Positions 11,007 through 24,500 of a stretch of 64,000 nt of DNA are shown piece after piece (the stretch's first letter is position 1; every line of letters begins with the position of its first letter). The stretch spans positions 682,001 through 746,000 of the forward strand of contig OZ287071.1 of the NCBI GenBank assembly GCA_965645245.1, given 5' to 3'. The notes beneath the pieces are model-generated. The model saw only the letters and a program-made list of their open reading frames with translations, did no database searches and had not been told where the DNA came from. The position numbers were made by a program, and so were the translations under genes. Source of the stretch: Massalongia carnosa. Taxonomy: Eukaryota.

Positions 11007-11469
11007 CCATGGTGGGAACGAATCACCATGACTAGACAAGTTCAAAAGAATCGTTAGGGGTCGTTGCTATCGTTCTGATCACTAGGACTGGGATCAGGTA
11101 TGGAGTCCATTCCTCCCATTCCTCCCATTCATGACTCTCGATTAGTATCGTCATCAATTCCGATTGCTCGGATTCCCCGTCATTCGGAGGCGATAGGCCC
11201 AACGGGTCCATGCAACATCAAAACGTTTAGCGTCGAGCGTCGAGCGTCGAGCGTGCAGGGACCTATTGAGCCTCCAGTTACTCGGTACAAATACAAAGTA
11301 TCGAGTACATCCACGTTTGGTTCTTTCCCTGCATGTGAAGCGAAGTCAGTACGTGGTACTTGGTACAGAGTACGCGGTACAGAGTACCTGAAAGAGTACC
11401 TAAACGAGTATTCTACAACCGAATGAAGAGCGTGGACAAAGAGTGTGGATGTAAACACACTGACATCAC

Positions 11470-11850
11470 TGTAACAAACCCGCCGTACACGGGTATTTTA
11501 TCAGCATACCCGTACCCATACCCAGGTAAATTTTTATTCTGAGTAATACAGTTAAAATTTCCAAAAAATATCCAAAATATCAAATTTTTAGTAATTAAAT
11601 TTGTGATCTTGTGATTACTTAGTATTAAAATTAGATTATAACGATAAACTTTTAATTGTAATATAATCTTTCGATACTTTAAATGAAGAATATAAAATAC
11701 CTATCATTAACTTTTTGAAGATTTTCGAAACATTTAGAAAATTTCCTAGAACTTTCTATGTATTTCATTTATAGAAATACCCGGGTATTACCCGGATACT
11801 CGAAAATTGATACTCGTACCCAAATATTCACCCAGAGGCTAGCCACTCTC
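11470..11850. mobile_element. AT-rich degenerate element relic (MITE/hAT-like, possibly RIP-mutated)
   Basis: Sharply AT-rich, TpA-rich core (11540-11780) flanked on both sides by clustered TACCCG/CGGGTA motifs. No clean TIR or TSD. Confidence 0.35.
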
Positions 11851-12911
11851 AGCGCTTGGCACGCGTCTTCCGATATTGTCAGCCACTGTAACCTTATTTG
11901 TATACCCGTACCCTCCCAGCCAGGTCATGCCAGGTCGTGTCAGGTCGTCCGAGGCCTGACGAATGGTTGATACATTGCCTTACCCGTCGCAATCAACCTC
12001 ACCTCTTCATATCTAACGTTATCCTTCTCTCAACCCTCACTTTTCTCGCAGAATGAATTGTTCTTCCTCCAACCCTCCCCCCCGCAACCCATCGTACCCA
12101 CGACGTATCATCAAGCAGCTTCCCTTTCTCCGTGCTTGATACGACATGCTTACACGTGATGTTTGAATCGTCGTCACTCGTTAGCGAATCGTAAACGGCT
12201 GGAATTGCGTACCCGGATGGCTAGGGCGAACCGAACAGGGGTCTCGATACTCTGTAGATAGAAGACCGAATGGCCTGCTCGCTACCTTTTCCCGCCTTCA
12301 TCGTTGCTCTCATCATCGCCATCTCCTGAAACGGACTTCACAGGTAGGATACTCCACCATCTTTCGATAGCTATGAAGACAATCGAACCCACGGAAAAGT
12401 CACGCATCGCCATCAGTTCCCGTGTATGTATGTTCATGTGTGTAATCATGACCCAATGCTAGATGGCGCCATGTGCCATGTGCTGTGTGCGGTGCGATAT
12501 GGAGAGGTTGCGCCCACCAAATGCTGATCACAATATGGCGTACTTCTCCCCGACTGGAAGTACATCATTCACCACAATTCACTACGAGGCCATAACCCCC
12601 CCTCCCCCTCTCCCAACCCTTTTCATATGGTTCTCCTCCTCAAGTACACTACATTGATCGTGCCCTCTCTCCACGTGGATTCCTGTTCTAGTAAAACTTT
12701 CTCGTCTGTTCCTCTTCCAATTACCACGAAAAACGGTTCCTAAATTCTCAATCCGACCATTCGTTGAGTAGTCAATGTGAAGCCTCTAAAGCCTGAAAGC
12801 CGGGGCTTTGAAACGCCCCCGGACTTCCTCAGAGACCCCGGACAGCAAGAGACAAGATCTCCCGAACAAGGGACAGTAACCCTCGGCCAGCGGCTGCAAA
12901 GTGATATTCGC

Positions 12912-15471
12912 ATGGCATCCAACGGTCTCCCAGGTTCGTTGTTCGAGTTCTACGCATTTTATAAAAAAGGGACAAGGGCGTTGATCAGCTGGCTCTCGGC
13001 GAATGGCACCAATGTGACGGAGCGAACGTACGTCAAGTCCGTCGAGGAGCTAAAATATCTGGCGAATACCGTGATATCGAGACGCATTCAGATGTCAGCA
13101 AGCTTGCTGCGGGATCTGAAGGATACCGTTCGTGCTCGCACGCGAGTGAGCAAGTTTTTCAAAAGCCTAGCCAAACCGGGAGATCAGGAACAGACCTCAT
13201 CGCATGAATACTTTACCGCCACCTTGCTTCAAATACACGAGGAGTTTCAGCAGCTAGCCAAATCAGCCAAAACATCTTCCGTCAGCTCCCCAGTCACTTC
13301 CACCAAGCCTCCGTCGAACGTGTTTGAGCACCTACAAAACGACAAGAGGACCAACAACGACCATGGTTCCCCCACTTCTCCAAGGCGTGTTACGCCGACG
13401 GAAAGCGTGGATCAACCTTCTCGCCCCGACGAGGTGAGCCGGATGAAGAGCGATGACATTGGCGAATTCATGGCCCTTGCCATGTATCTATCGGTTTGTC
13501 GCTTGTATGACATACCATGTCCAAAGACTGACTCTGATGTGAGTAGCAACTCGAGAATCTCATGGCCACAGTCAAGGAAACCTGGCAAAACGTGGCGTCT
13601 GGGTCGATTCCCATTGTGGTAGCGGCGGCCACAAACAACATGGCATACCGGGCGGCTCTAGCCCTTGAAGAGGAATTGGAGGAGTATGAGATATTCAATC
13701 CGGACCAGTTTCTAGCAAGGTACACCACTTGCTTATATTCGTTGAACCTATCTGGCCCATCGTCAATGGAGGCTTCCAAAACCCCTCCAGAACTCGCCCC
13801 TTTCCGGCAGTACAAGGGCCCTCAACAGGGCTGGCTGGCTTTGAAGCGCTTCAAGTCCTTTTGGGACACCAACGGTGCCTCCGCCCACTTGCAGGCAATA
13901 CCAAATTGCCACTATTGCCAAGCCGATCGACCATGCACCTTCCCGTCGGATGACCCGATCCATTATATCCCGGAGAAGACAAACTACGGGGGCCAAGACG
14001 ATAAACAGTTCAACCAGGATCGCATATGCATGGAATTGATGCTGAAACGGATGGGCCAGCTCTTAACGGTGAAGTATTTGGACCCTCAAACTCAAGTACC
14101 CTTCCATACCCCGTTACTACAAGAGCTCGCGTACTTTCTTACCCGTAATACGAATACTACAATCCATGGCGCTCTGCCGACGTTAGCTCTCAGCTTCGGA
14201 CTGGAAATGCTTGTCCAAGGAATGAAGAGCTTTCTTGAACGTCCAAAAAGTGAGTTTACCAGACAAGGTATCGGCCCAGAGGAACAAGGGTTTCCTCTAT
14301 CGACGCGGCGAGGCAATGGACGGGTTCAATCTTTGAAGCTGGCAATAGGTATCCAGCAGAGCATCGCGTGAGTATGGGAAATCGTCCTTGAGCATTTTCT
14401 GACGTAACGGCAGGCATCTCATGGCCGCTCCAAACCCTCCTTGTGGATGTCTTCAAATAGGATCTGTCGGTGTCGCACAGTTGCTAATCACCGCACAGGA
14501 ATGGCTGTATCAATTCGTCAATACCAAGAGGTTTGATATCTTCTACCAGGCGCCCTGGATCTCCGGCCAGCACATGGTGGAGCATCTGAGCATGGCTTCG
14601 GATTTTGGTGCCAAGGCGTGGCATCACGCCTATTATGTTGGGACCACGCTACACACATACAACACGCTCGTGAAACTGGAAGTGATCAAACCCAGCGAGT
14701 TCCCTCTGATGGAACGGTTATGCAATCTGTTTAAGGGTGCAGTCTTTCTGGGTCAGCGTCCGTCCCGCAACCTGTTGAGCTGCTATCAGCGATGGGGCGG
14801 TGGATCTCTTAGCTTTCCCAAAGGACATTGTCGAGGGATGCATACTCATACCCATTCTCAGACGGGCAAGAAGTGGGGCATGAAATATGTCAGGGATGCA
14901 AGCCAAGGGGGGGACAATCCCAACAGAGGGTACGACCCTGCGAAGATCTCCTTGTTCTCATTGCTATCTGCCCAGAAGTTTGTCCTTGGTGACCAAGTGC
15001 TGGCGTGGGTTTATTGTTCGAAGCCGTGGTCCAAGGCAAGTCAAATTTCCGGATGAGCGTCTCAACCCATGTCGCGTTAACTGTTTATAGGCTACGAAGA
15101 AAGACATACAAGAGGCCCACCGTAAACGAGACGCCGATCCATTTGCGTCGAAATCCATCGAAGCCGTCCAAGAAAAGCTTTTGGGTGAGTTTCAAGGCGA
15201 TTTCCCCGTAGCCAGGATCAACCATTTCGCCATTTACGAGCTCTGCGTCGAGATCCTGATACAAATCCATCGAGCCGAACATCCGAAAGAAGAGCCAGAT
15301 CTGATCTGTTCCTGCTCAGCAGGAAGACTTATGGGTACTGCAGATCTATATCTGGACGATACTCGTCTGTTTAAGGCGTATGCGGACCGTTCATTGCTCG
15401 AGCATACCCAACATGGGTTTTCGGAGACATTGAAGGGGAAAACCTTGGCTAATTTTCTGTGGGACGTTTAA
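12912..15471 (+). CDS. DUF6604-like domain fungal protein, 4 exons
   Basis: N-terminal YAFYKKGTRALISWL...RARTRVSKFF...SHEYFTATL...SNVFEHL pattern. Introns ~13493-13546, ~14368-14413 and GC-AG 15036-15090 join ORFs 12777, 13562, 14421 and 15181. Confidence 0.72.
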
Positions 15472-15753
15472 TTCGAGATTGGCCAGGAGGGGCCCTGAAT
15501 ATGGAGCAAGCTGTTGAGATTTTTAAATAGAAGTTGAGGGATTTCTGTGTTTGACTGTGTAGATAATTGGAGAGGTTTCTGACAGATGGCTATTAAATGA
15601 CAATGAAGATAGGAAGCGTCGATCAACGCTTGCCCCTGGTCCTCTGTCTATCAATTTATTTGTTATTACGGGGACTGGTCTTACCGCTACAAGGCAAATT
15701 TTCCTTAAACCATTAATCAAGGATTCGCTCACCATCATCCACTTTGGAACAGG

Positions 15754-16872
15754 ATGGGCTGGCTATGGGGCTCCTCGAAGCCCGTTCTCCCTCCTCCCTC
15801 CACCGATCCCCTCCGCGATCTCGATCCCTCCCTCCGCGAATACCTTGAATCCTCCACCCCCCCCACCTCCCACCCCCCGCCCCCTCCTCCACCGCCCCCG
15901 CCTCCCGCCCCCCCCCCGCAAAAACCTCTCGTCCCCCCGCAATCGCTCTACCCCGATGGCCGCTATGCTGACCTCTGGAGCACCTACACGCCGCTTTCGG
16001 AAATCATTGCGGCGACAGCGACGGATCAAGAGCGCCTACTAAACGTGTTGGACGCATACAAGGACCGCAAGGCGCTGATCGGGTGCGCCGCGCTAGAAAA
16101 CTGCTCGCTGGAGCAGGGCGCCGTGGACGAGTGCTTCCGCACGGGCGGGTGGGCCAGCCGGATGAGCATGTGCCGGGCGGAGAACCGGGCGTTTGAGAGG
16201 TGTTATTTGATGCAGTCGGTGAGTCTATGAACAACTGGCTTGGGAAGGAAGGTGGGACCGGTGGGTTTACAAGAAAGACATATTTGCTAATACACACGCT
16301 CCTTCCCCCACGTGTAGCGCTTCCTCAAAGCTCTCGGCTACCTCGCCACCTCCAAGCACACCCCTGCCTCGGACGAGAACATCCAAATGCATGCCGACAC
16401 CCTTTACCACCGCATGCTCTCGCAAGAGCGAGCTGTCGAAGCCGCCAAAGCCGCTGGCGAGCCCATCCCTACCTTCCCGCCCATCCTCTCCTCAGCCCCT
16501 ATCCCTCCACCCCGTACTCGCCCCCCACCCTCAGGATCTGCAGACCACCCACCTCTTCTCCCTCCCAACCCCGAGCATCATTCCCCTACTGCTACTACCG
16601 CCGCCACCGACGACGCAACACACCGGCCCGAACCCGAACCGGACCCCATTTCGCCCGCCGCGCGCGCCGAGCTGACCGAACGCCTGAAAACGCTACCACC
16701 CGAAGAGCGCGAGCTAGAGGAGCGCGTGGTGACGATGGAGGCCCGGGCGGGTGAGGCGACGGCGCAGGAGCTGGGCGATCTCTGGGCGGCGAAGGCGCGC
16801 GGCAGGAAGGAGCGGAGAGAGAAAGGAGAAGCCACAATTGGGGATACGATTAGTGGCTGGTTTGGGTGGTGA
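15754..16872 (+). CDS. Conserved fungal protein with twin CX9C motif, 2 exons
   Basis: MGWLWG start; C-SLEQGAVDE-C and C-RAENRAFER-C. Intron 16219-16317 gives CYLMQS/RFLKALGYL. Ends ISGWFGW. Confidence 0.85.
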
Positions 16873-19079
16873 GGGGATGTGTTCATTCTTCAGGTTTTTT
16901 TTGCGTTTAGAACGGAGGAAAGAAAGGGGTTGTGTGAGGGTGTGGCAACCAGGGGGGGGCGCAAGGAGGGATGTGTGTGGACGGGGATAAGATCCGGGTT
17001 ATGGAGAAGAGGGAGCTGATCGTGGGGATGGGTGGAACAGACATATAAAATAGCTTCACCCTCAGATTATCTTTATACTTCACAATCTTGAACTCACATC
17101 ATAAATCAATCAATCAATACTCGATTTTTAAGCCACCATCTCGCTTGCATCTTTCCCTCTCTTTCCCTCTCTCTCTCTACATTATACATAAAATTCATAT
17201 ATATTCTCTTGCGAAGGAAGGTTCCTTTTCACTTGCCATCCTTTGATATATAGTATACAATATAAGGTGCACCTACTCCTATAGCACTAGGTTACATATA
17301 TGGTTTTTTTTTTTGGAAGTTGTCGCAAAAGCTCACATACATACACAACGTAGAACCTTTCTCGTTGAGATTTAGTTCTTGGGGAAATTTTGTCTGGTTT
17401 ACAACTAGCTAAATATGTATGTACTTTGCGGGACGGGTATGTATGTTATGCGGTCTTTTGAAAAGAATTATTCGTTCGGAGACTCATTATTTTTCTTTGG
17501 GTAGGTAAGTTAGTTGTATGTGCAGCAAACCACAACCACAGCACACCCGATCAGCCTCCTTGGTTATTTCTCTACCTATCTGGCCTTGACTAATGAGCCG
17601 ACCCTCCCCACTTTCCAGCGTCAGTGAACGATGTACAGCGTCCTTTCAAGTCAGTATATCTTCAAGAGAAATGTGAAGAAAGATGGATATCGTGCTAAAC
17701 ATGTTGATTTGCAGATGCTATCACTGTTGATCTTCTCCGCGCTCTTGGTGCTTCTACTGATGGGAACGCTGCAATGAAGAAAATGCGTTTGCGATTACAA
17801 TGCGGGTTAAAGCAAGAGCCGATATGACAACCAAGGGTGCGGACAGGGGCGCAGGGAAGAACAGTATATGATACTACTATTACTAACTAATCCCACATCT
17901 GCTTTCTCGATGCTCCCTCTAAAGCGGCCTTGCTCTCTTTTAAGAACTATAACTGCAATCATTGATCCCAATTTTGGGATGTATATTTATTCTTTGCAAT
18001 GAAGATAAAAAACAAACAATAAAACAAACACAACAAAACAAAACACCTGGAACTCGTAAAAGTGATCTGTTTTCCTCTATCTAGCTCTATATTTATCTAA
18101 TATTCAAATAGTCTTCGATCTCAAAGTCCTCATCTATCGACTATCGGGTTCCCAAGCTGAGAAACTTAATAGTATCAGGGAAGGCGTTGATATTATGGAG
18201 AAATAGCTCACGTCACTTGCTCAGGAGCGACTTGATGGCACACCATGATTCACTACAAATCTACGCCACAGAAACTGACGATAGTCTCGATATTTTGATA
18301 CGAGCACCGCGAGACCTAATTAATGCCAGTCTTCAGTTCTACTGTCTCCAACCTTTCGGTTTTCCGCCTGATGAATTACAGTGAAGTTTCGGAATAGCCC
18401 TTTCTTTCGGGAAGGAAGCTAGATGTCGTGGCAGCTAATGATGGCCTTGATGGTGATTTTAACTGAAGGAGCGGAGCTGACTGCCTAATTCAGGGGAACC
18501 CATGTCAACCCTGTGAACCGGACTGGATGGCGACATGACAACGGCATGGTTTCGCTTAGGGAGACTTGGCTTTTTGCAACAATAACGACGCCTTGCATAC
18601 CTTCTACATTCTCAGCTACTCTCCCACCCCATTAAACCCGGGTACGGCAGAACATCTGTAACCGCTGCGATGCATGTATCCGCCGTTGAGGCTGAACAGA
18701 GTTTTGCCTTTGACTTCTTACACTGAAGCTGATGGTAGACATTAAGGGTGTGGACACGATTGAAAGGATAGCAAACTCATTTAGCGGACTGCTGCAAAGA
18801 TCCCAAGTCTCGACGTGGGCTAACGGCAACCCGGCCTCCGTTCGTAGATGTGCCTGTCTAGGTTATAGTGATGATGACAAGAAAACGAGGAGATGAATCA
18901 GATTCTGGGCACCTCGAAAGAAGTGTTCATAAACCCCAATTTCCTTGCTGTTGACATTTGTTTCGCAAAGACGACTTTTAACTCCGCACGTCTGTGCAGT
19001 ATTTATTTACTCTGTACCCTCAGCTTTTTCACGTAACCCAATATATCAACATTTCGTCAACGCAAGCAAGCTGTAGATT

Positions 19080-19480
19080 GCTTCATGATGGATCCGTCAA
19101 AACTCGAGGTCGGCTCAGTTCCGATGAACTCGGATTTTCTGCGCACATGCAAAGTCTTGTGATCAAAACACTGTCTGTCCATGAAATCGTCCGTTATCTG
19201 AGAAATCGTCCAGGTGGAACTCCTACAACATTTGATCAATTGGATTTTCATATTTCGCAGCAGTGCTTTGAAGATCTGCAACAATACATCAAAATCGACT
19301 TCATACTCGGAGATTATTGGAAGAACAAAGTGAGGTTAGAGAAACCTATTTCCCCTGATTCGTTTTTCGGCGACCGAGATTGATATTTTCTTTACAGATA
19401 CAACTACAGTATTCAGTGAACTAAATTGACCTTTTACCGATCTCGACGAAGTGTGATTAGGAGCGTTGTCCGACGATTTT
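19080..19480 (+). pseudogene. Possible gene relic of a fungal hypothetical family
   Basis: Protein-like stretch ...QQCFEDLQQYIKIDFILGDYWKNKVR, an apparent intron ~19335-19397, then YNYSIQ and a stop. No plausible continuation. Confidence 0.25.
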
Positions 19481-20206
19481 TTTTTGGTGCAAGCTAAATT
19501 CCAAGACGTTCGGCTATTTGCTACCTACATACCTACATCCCTCCCCCAAAAATCCTTATCCCACCTTTCCCCACACGACTCAAACGTCATCCTTCCCACT
19601 CCCATTTCCCCATCTTGAGCCAGGATTACAGTAATTTCTCGAACAATCGCCTTGAGCGGATGGATAGCTACGAACAAGAGGAGATATAAAGATAGATAGA
19701 TAGATATAGACCTTCCCCGCCTCCCCCAAAATCCATCCGCAACTTCTGAGAGTTTCCCCGATTTTACCCGCTGAGTCAGTATGTATATGCACCCTGTGCC
19801 ATCTAGTTATCCCATCCGTCCATGTATCCGCCGCTGAACAGATGAACAAATAAACAAAAACAAAGAAACAATGAGCATCCTCACGCACTCGCTCGCTCGT
19901 TCATCCTCATCCCCATCTCCCCATCCTGGGTGGGACACGGAATCGCAAATGTGGTAGTGGTGGTGGTTGTTTTTATTATTGTTAAAAACCCAACAGACGG
20001 GCTATGTGTATAGTATGGTCCCGCTGATATATATGGTCTTGGGGACCTTTTTGGTTTTGTCTTTGGATGATTCGCGGTGCATGTGTGCTGGCTGTCTTTC
20101 AACTTTGGGATTTTCTGCACGAATGAAGGTGGGGGGGTTGGAAGTAGATCTGTTGTACGTTTTATTTATTTATTTATTTAGGCTTTTTGAAAGATTCGGC
20201 GTGTTG

Positions 20207-20232
20207 TGTTGTTGTTGTTGTTGTTGTTGTTG
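20207..20232. repeat. (GTT)n microsatellite
   Basis: About 8 consecutive GTT units. Confidence 0.9.
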
Positions 20233-21599
20233 GACGAGGAAATGTTTCCTGCCGGGAAGACTTAGCGATGTTGGTGTAGACTGAGAGTAAATTTTAGGGG
20301 GGTTGGTTTGGGGGGGAGCTGTTATAAATCCTTGTAGTAGGTTCTTCGTGCTCGGGCATGGAGGGCCTTTGTTCGTTAGGGGGTTTGGGATTATAGTTCG
20401 TGGGAACTCAAGTTAGTGGTGATGAAAGGCCGTGCCTGGTACGGATGGAAAAGGGGGAAGGAAGCCTCTCGAATTGAGATGGGAGATCGAGTGGGAGGTG
20501 CGAAGATGCTGGAGGTGGGATGAGGAGGGAGTTATAAATCATTCTATCAAGTAAACCGGGAACGAGAGAACTTGATGAGGTTTTCCAGGCATGTTAGGAG
20601 ATGGCCCTCCCCCCCCCGGGGGGAAAGGAGTTACAGGAAGGGCCGAATCGGATTGTGATAGGATGTGTCACTGACATGGTTTGGTGATGGGAAGGAATTG
20701 TGGGGAAACTTGACGGTTGAGTTTTTGATTTTAGATATAGAGAGAGAGAGAGGCTTGCAAGTGCAAGGCTTTGCTGGGAGATATCTAGGAGTGTGATATG
20801 GTGAGGATAATTTGAGCAGGGGTGATGTAAGTAAGGTTGGATGGAAATGGAATGTATGAGGATAGATAGAGTGTGTCATGGACTGATCCTGTTTATTAGG
20901 TGATGAGAAAGAAAGATCCATGTACAAGATGACGAATGGATGATGAAAAGGCAAGAAGGGAAGAAGAAGATCAAGTGTTGCAGAATAGCTACCGCCAAGT
21001 TATCCTAGAAAGAATAACCATTTCCATGTAAAAACGGAAAAAACCTCCTTAGGCACACACGGAGCGGGATTTGAACCCTCGGCCTTTACGTTCGAGGATC
21101 AAAAAGGCAAAAAAAACTCCCAGGCGTCGATCGCAGTGGATGGATAGACAGGCTGGTACAGGAAAACCCCCTTAGCACCTCTTTCTCTCGGGGATTGTTG
21201 CCTTCCAACGCTTCCCCATACCAAGGACCCCAAAGGGGTGATGGCTGTAGGAACGAAGGGCCAGATGGTGCAAATGGTGAAGGTACTAACCACTACGCCA
21301 CTGGGCTTATTGAAATGGTAGCTCTTAACTAAAAATAAATGTTGCACCACAACAAAACCTTGAAAGCTTTACCCGATGTGGCAAACTAGCCGCCAAAATA
21401 AGGGGCGGTCGGTTTTTAAATGAAAGTTCATACAAGGCATCTGTCTGCGCCTGAGAATAATTTCTTTTAATGTTCACGGATCATCACAAAGCCCTAGAAA
21501 GAACAGATATAGCCAATATTCATGGCGAAAATGAGAGTTTCTAAAAATCACCCAATTGTCACTTACTTAAGGCCTATCTGGCTATCCCGGCAAATGGAG

Positions 21600-24500
21600 C
21601 GTCGTGGGAGGGGTTTTTACAAGATGGAGGACCTTGGTAGCGCGAGACACCTACCTTAATTTTGGAATGTTTATACTCTTCTCGGATCTCCTTTCAAGAG
21701 GCTCTATCATCCAGTCCGTGGCCCTATACCATGTATCCGTCAGATATAATTGAGGGGCATTTGGAACACGTTGGGCCTTAGCTTTGTACGTTGTAAGAAG
21801 GCGTTATAACCTCCGAGCTATTGCGGTTCACGAGGTCTATTGGTTCGGCTCCCCATCAACCTATTGTTAATGTTGACATCTTTTAAGGCATCTGTGATCG
21901 ATGAATAGTGAGGTCGGCGATATAATCTATTAAGAGCTGTTCGCCCACACTCATCCTGAAGGTTTGGATCGGCGCCGGCTGCGAGGAGCAACTGAACTTA
22001 TAGTTGCCCAGCTCGACTGCCATGCCAATACATGTAGCTTGGGGAGGCTCTTTGGTGCTGTCAAATATCTTTTGTCATGATACTTCTGGAGCAAAAGAGG
22101 GACGATGATCCTGGTGATTTGAGCCATGCCGGGATCTTCGCTTAACACAGCGACTGCGTAACGTAACGCTGAAACTCGAGAGCGTTGGTTCATTTGATGA
22201 TGAGCTTGTCGGAGACGCGATAAGGCAACTCAAGCAGGAATATGATATGTGTAGCAGCATTCCTAGTACGGAGCTAAATAAGCTCCCCCAATATGAATCT
22301 CTCCATCTCATCCCTTGTTTCATCTCTATTCGCGCCTAAGTCATGGATATATCTTGCAACTCTGGTATTACCCGAATGCCTTGCAACCAAACAGCAGAAG
22401 GTACCAAAGCATCGCACAATACGATCGGTACTCCATATTTAACCAGTGTCTTAGTAAAGAAAGCGTCGTTTCGTTACAAATGTAAGGTGTCCAGCTGAAT
22501 TGGTATTGCGCATTTTAATTTCCTCCATGCCTAGGTAGGCCTTTCGAACATCTTGTGGTCCCCGTGCGTTATTGCGAGGAATAACGAGGTTCCCCCCGGA
22601 GGAAGCATTTCCAAAGGTATTCTTATGTATTCTCAAGTCCGAGCTCGAGACCCGATGCCATGATAGCCGAACTGCACCCATAGTAGGTGGCAGCAAATGT
22701 CGCTGCCAGCTGCAGGGGCCCGCACTCGAGTGCGGAAGCAATTGGGATCGGCAAGTAGACGGAGTGTCTTATCTTTACTGCTGGCTCTATGTAGAATAAG
22801 AATTTCAGCACAAAATTGATGATACAGCAACGAACAGTCGGCGAATATAGACTTGGGTGTCTCCGCTAATAGACTAGGACTAGCTAGTCGAAGACACAAG
22901 TTTGAGATTCGAGGAAGGCGTCCTGCTGCTTAATGTTGATAAAGACTACTGGCTGCCTCAGATGCACTCGTGACACTATATTATGCACATTTGACCGGTA
23001 CAGAGGGTTTCCCCCGAGTGCTAGCCAAATACCATTCGCCAGGGGTCGTTGCGAGTAACCGCCAGTCTAAAGGAGTGCCGTTTGTGAACGGTCTGGAGCT
23101 ATTGTGGTTTTTATGATAGCTGGATATGGCCTAAGGATTGGCTTAAGCCAAAGTATTCGGATCAGCTCCTTTTCATTGCTGCAAGTTGGCAATACATTTT
23201 ATGGACTCCCCATCGAAAGCAAGTAGCCAACGAAGTAGCGAAATGCCGTGTGAATCAACGAATTAGGCAATAGCAGCTTGCACAATCAGATACTGTGCTA
23301 CCTTCATAGTTCCAATCCGATAAGTAGCGATCAAAGGTGCTTGCTCGAAATGGTTTTTTTGATGAAAGAGCGGTCTGCCATGATTAAAGGTTTTTCTTAC
23401 CAAGCCAACCCGTACTTTTAGTAGCATCAAAGCAAGGAACAGACTGCTCCAATTTGTCTAGGTAAATAGTGGGAATTTTCCAATGGCGATGTTCCTTTAA
23501 AGCGAGTTAGGACAATGTGGTCGCCTTTGGTTACCCCATTAAGCTGAGAGTAGCGTCGAGTGTTGGTATAATTGAAGAGATTGAGCTCTCTGAGATACTT
23601 TGAGGCCTTAGGGTTTCTTCTTAAGGAGGGCTTTTGCAGCCACATACACCCGTGTCTGCTGATCGATAGGATTGTCATGTTCCAAGTTGTAAAATGCGCC
23701 AACGAACAGTGTCTGCCCAGCAATCAACCCAAGACGTGCAGAATATATAACCAACTCGTGAGCTTCGGGATTGAGGTTAAATGGGTTGACGTAAATGCAA
23801 GCTAGATTGTAACATGCCTAAGCTTTTTGTTGAGGATCTGGATCAATCAAATAGGTATTTTCAGGCCCTTTCGTGATTTTTCACTGAATGCTTGCGGGCG
23901 CCATGAATATTATATGATACGGTTTATAAATCTCGGCACTTATGCCAGAAAGGACTGGAAGAAAAAAAAACGGATAAATTATATATCTAGCATGGAAACG
24001 GATGAAAATAAAAGCCTCTTTTGAATTCAACCAGAGCTTTGGTCCCTTGACGAGATAAGCATAGGCGTTTGAAGAAGCACGAGACGTTCAGAATATACTT
24101 TTTCTGTACCTTAGGGCCGAGGGTGTAGGATTATAGATCTTCGGGTAAGAGACCACGGGTATCTTAGCTATGGTTTTAAAAAAATTGCGCCTATATAAAC
24201 AGCATGATCAGCGCCAGCTTCAATGATATCATAGAACATATAGATCTCGAGCTATGGGCGTTCCAATACTTAAGTCTCAGGAGAGATAGCGGTAGCATTA
24301 TCTCCTTCTCAAAAGATAAAGGCATAAACCTTTATTAGCCGTTTTAAATAACGCCAGGTTACCAAACTTCTCACATTCGATTCCGAGCGCTGATAATGTA
24401 TCTGTCGTTCGAGTCTTCATCATTGTGGTCCATGACTTCCAAGAAGTCCACGATATTGGCATGTTACTGAATAAGAGGATGTCGCAAGATTTGCAACTTG

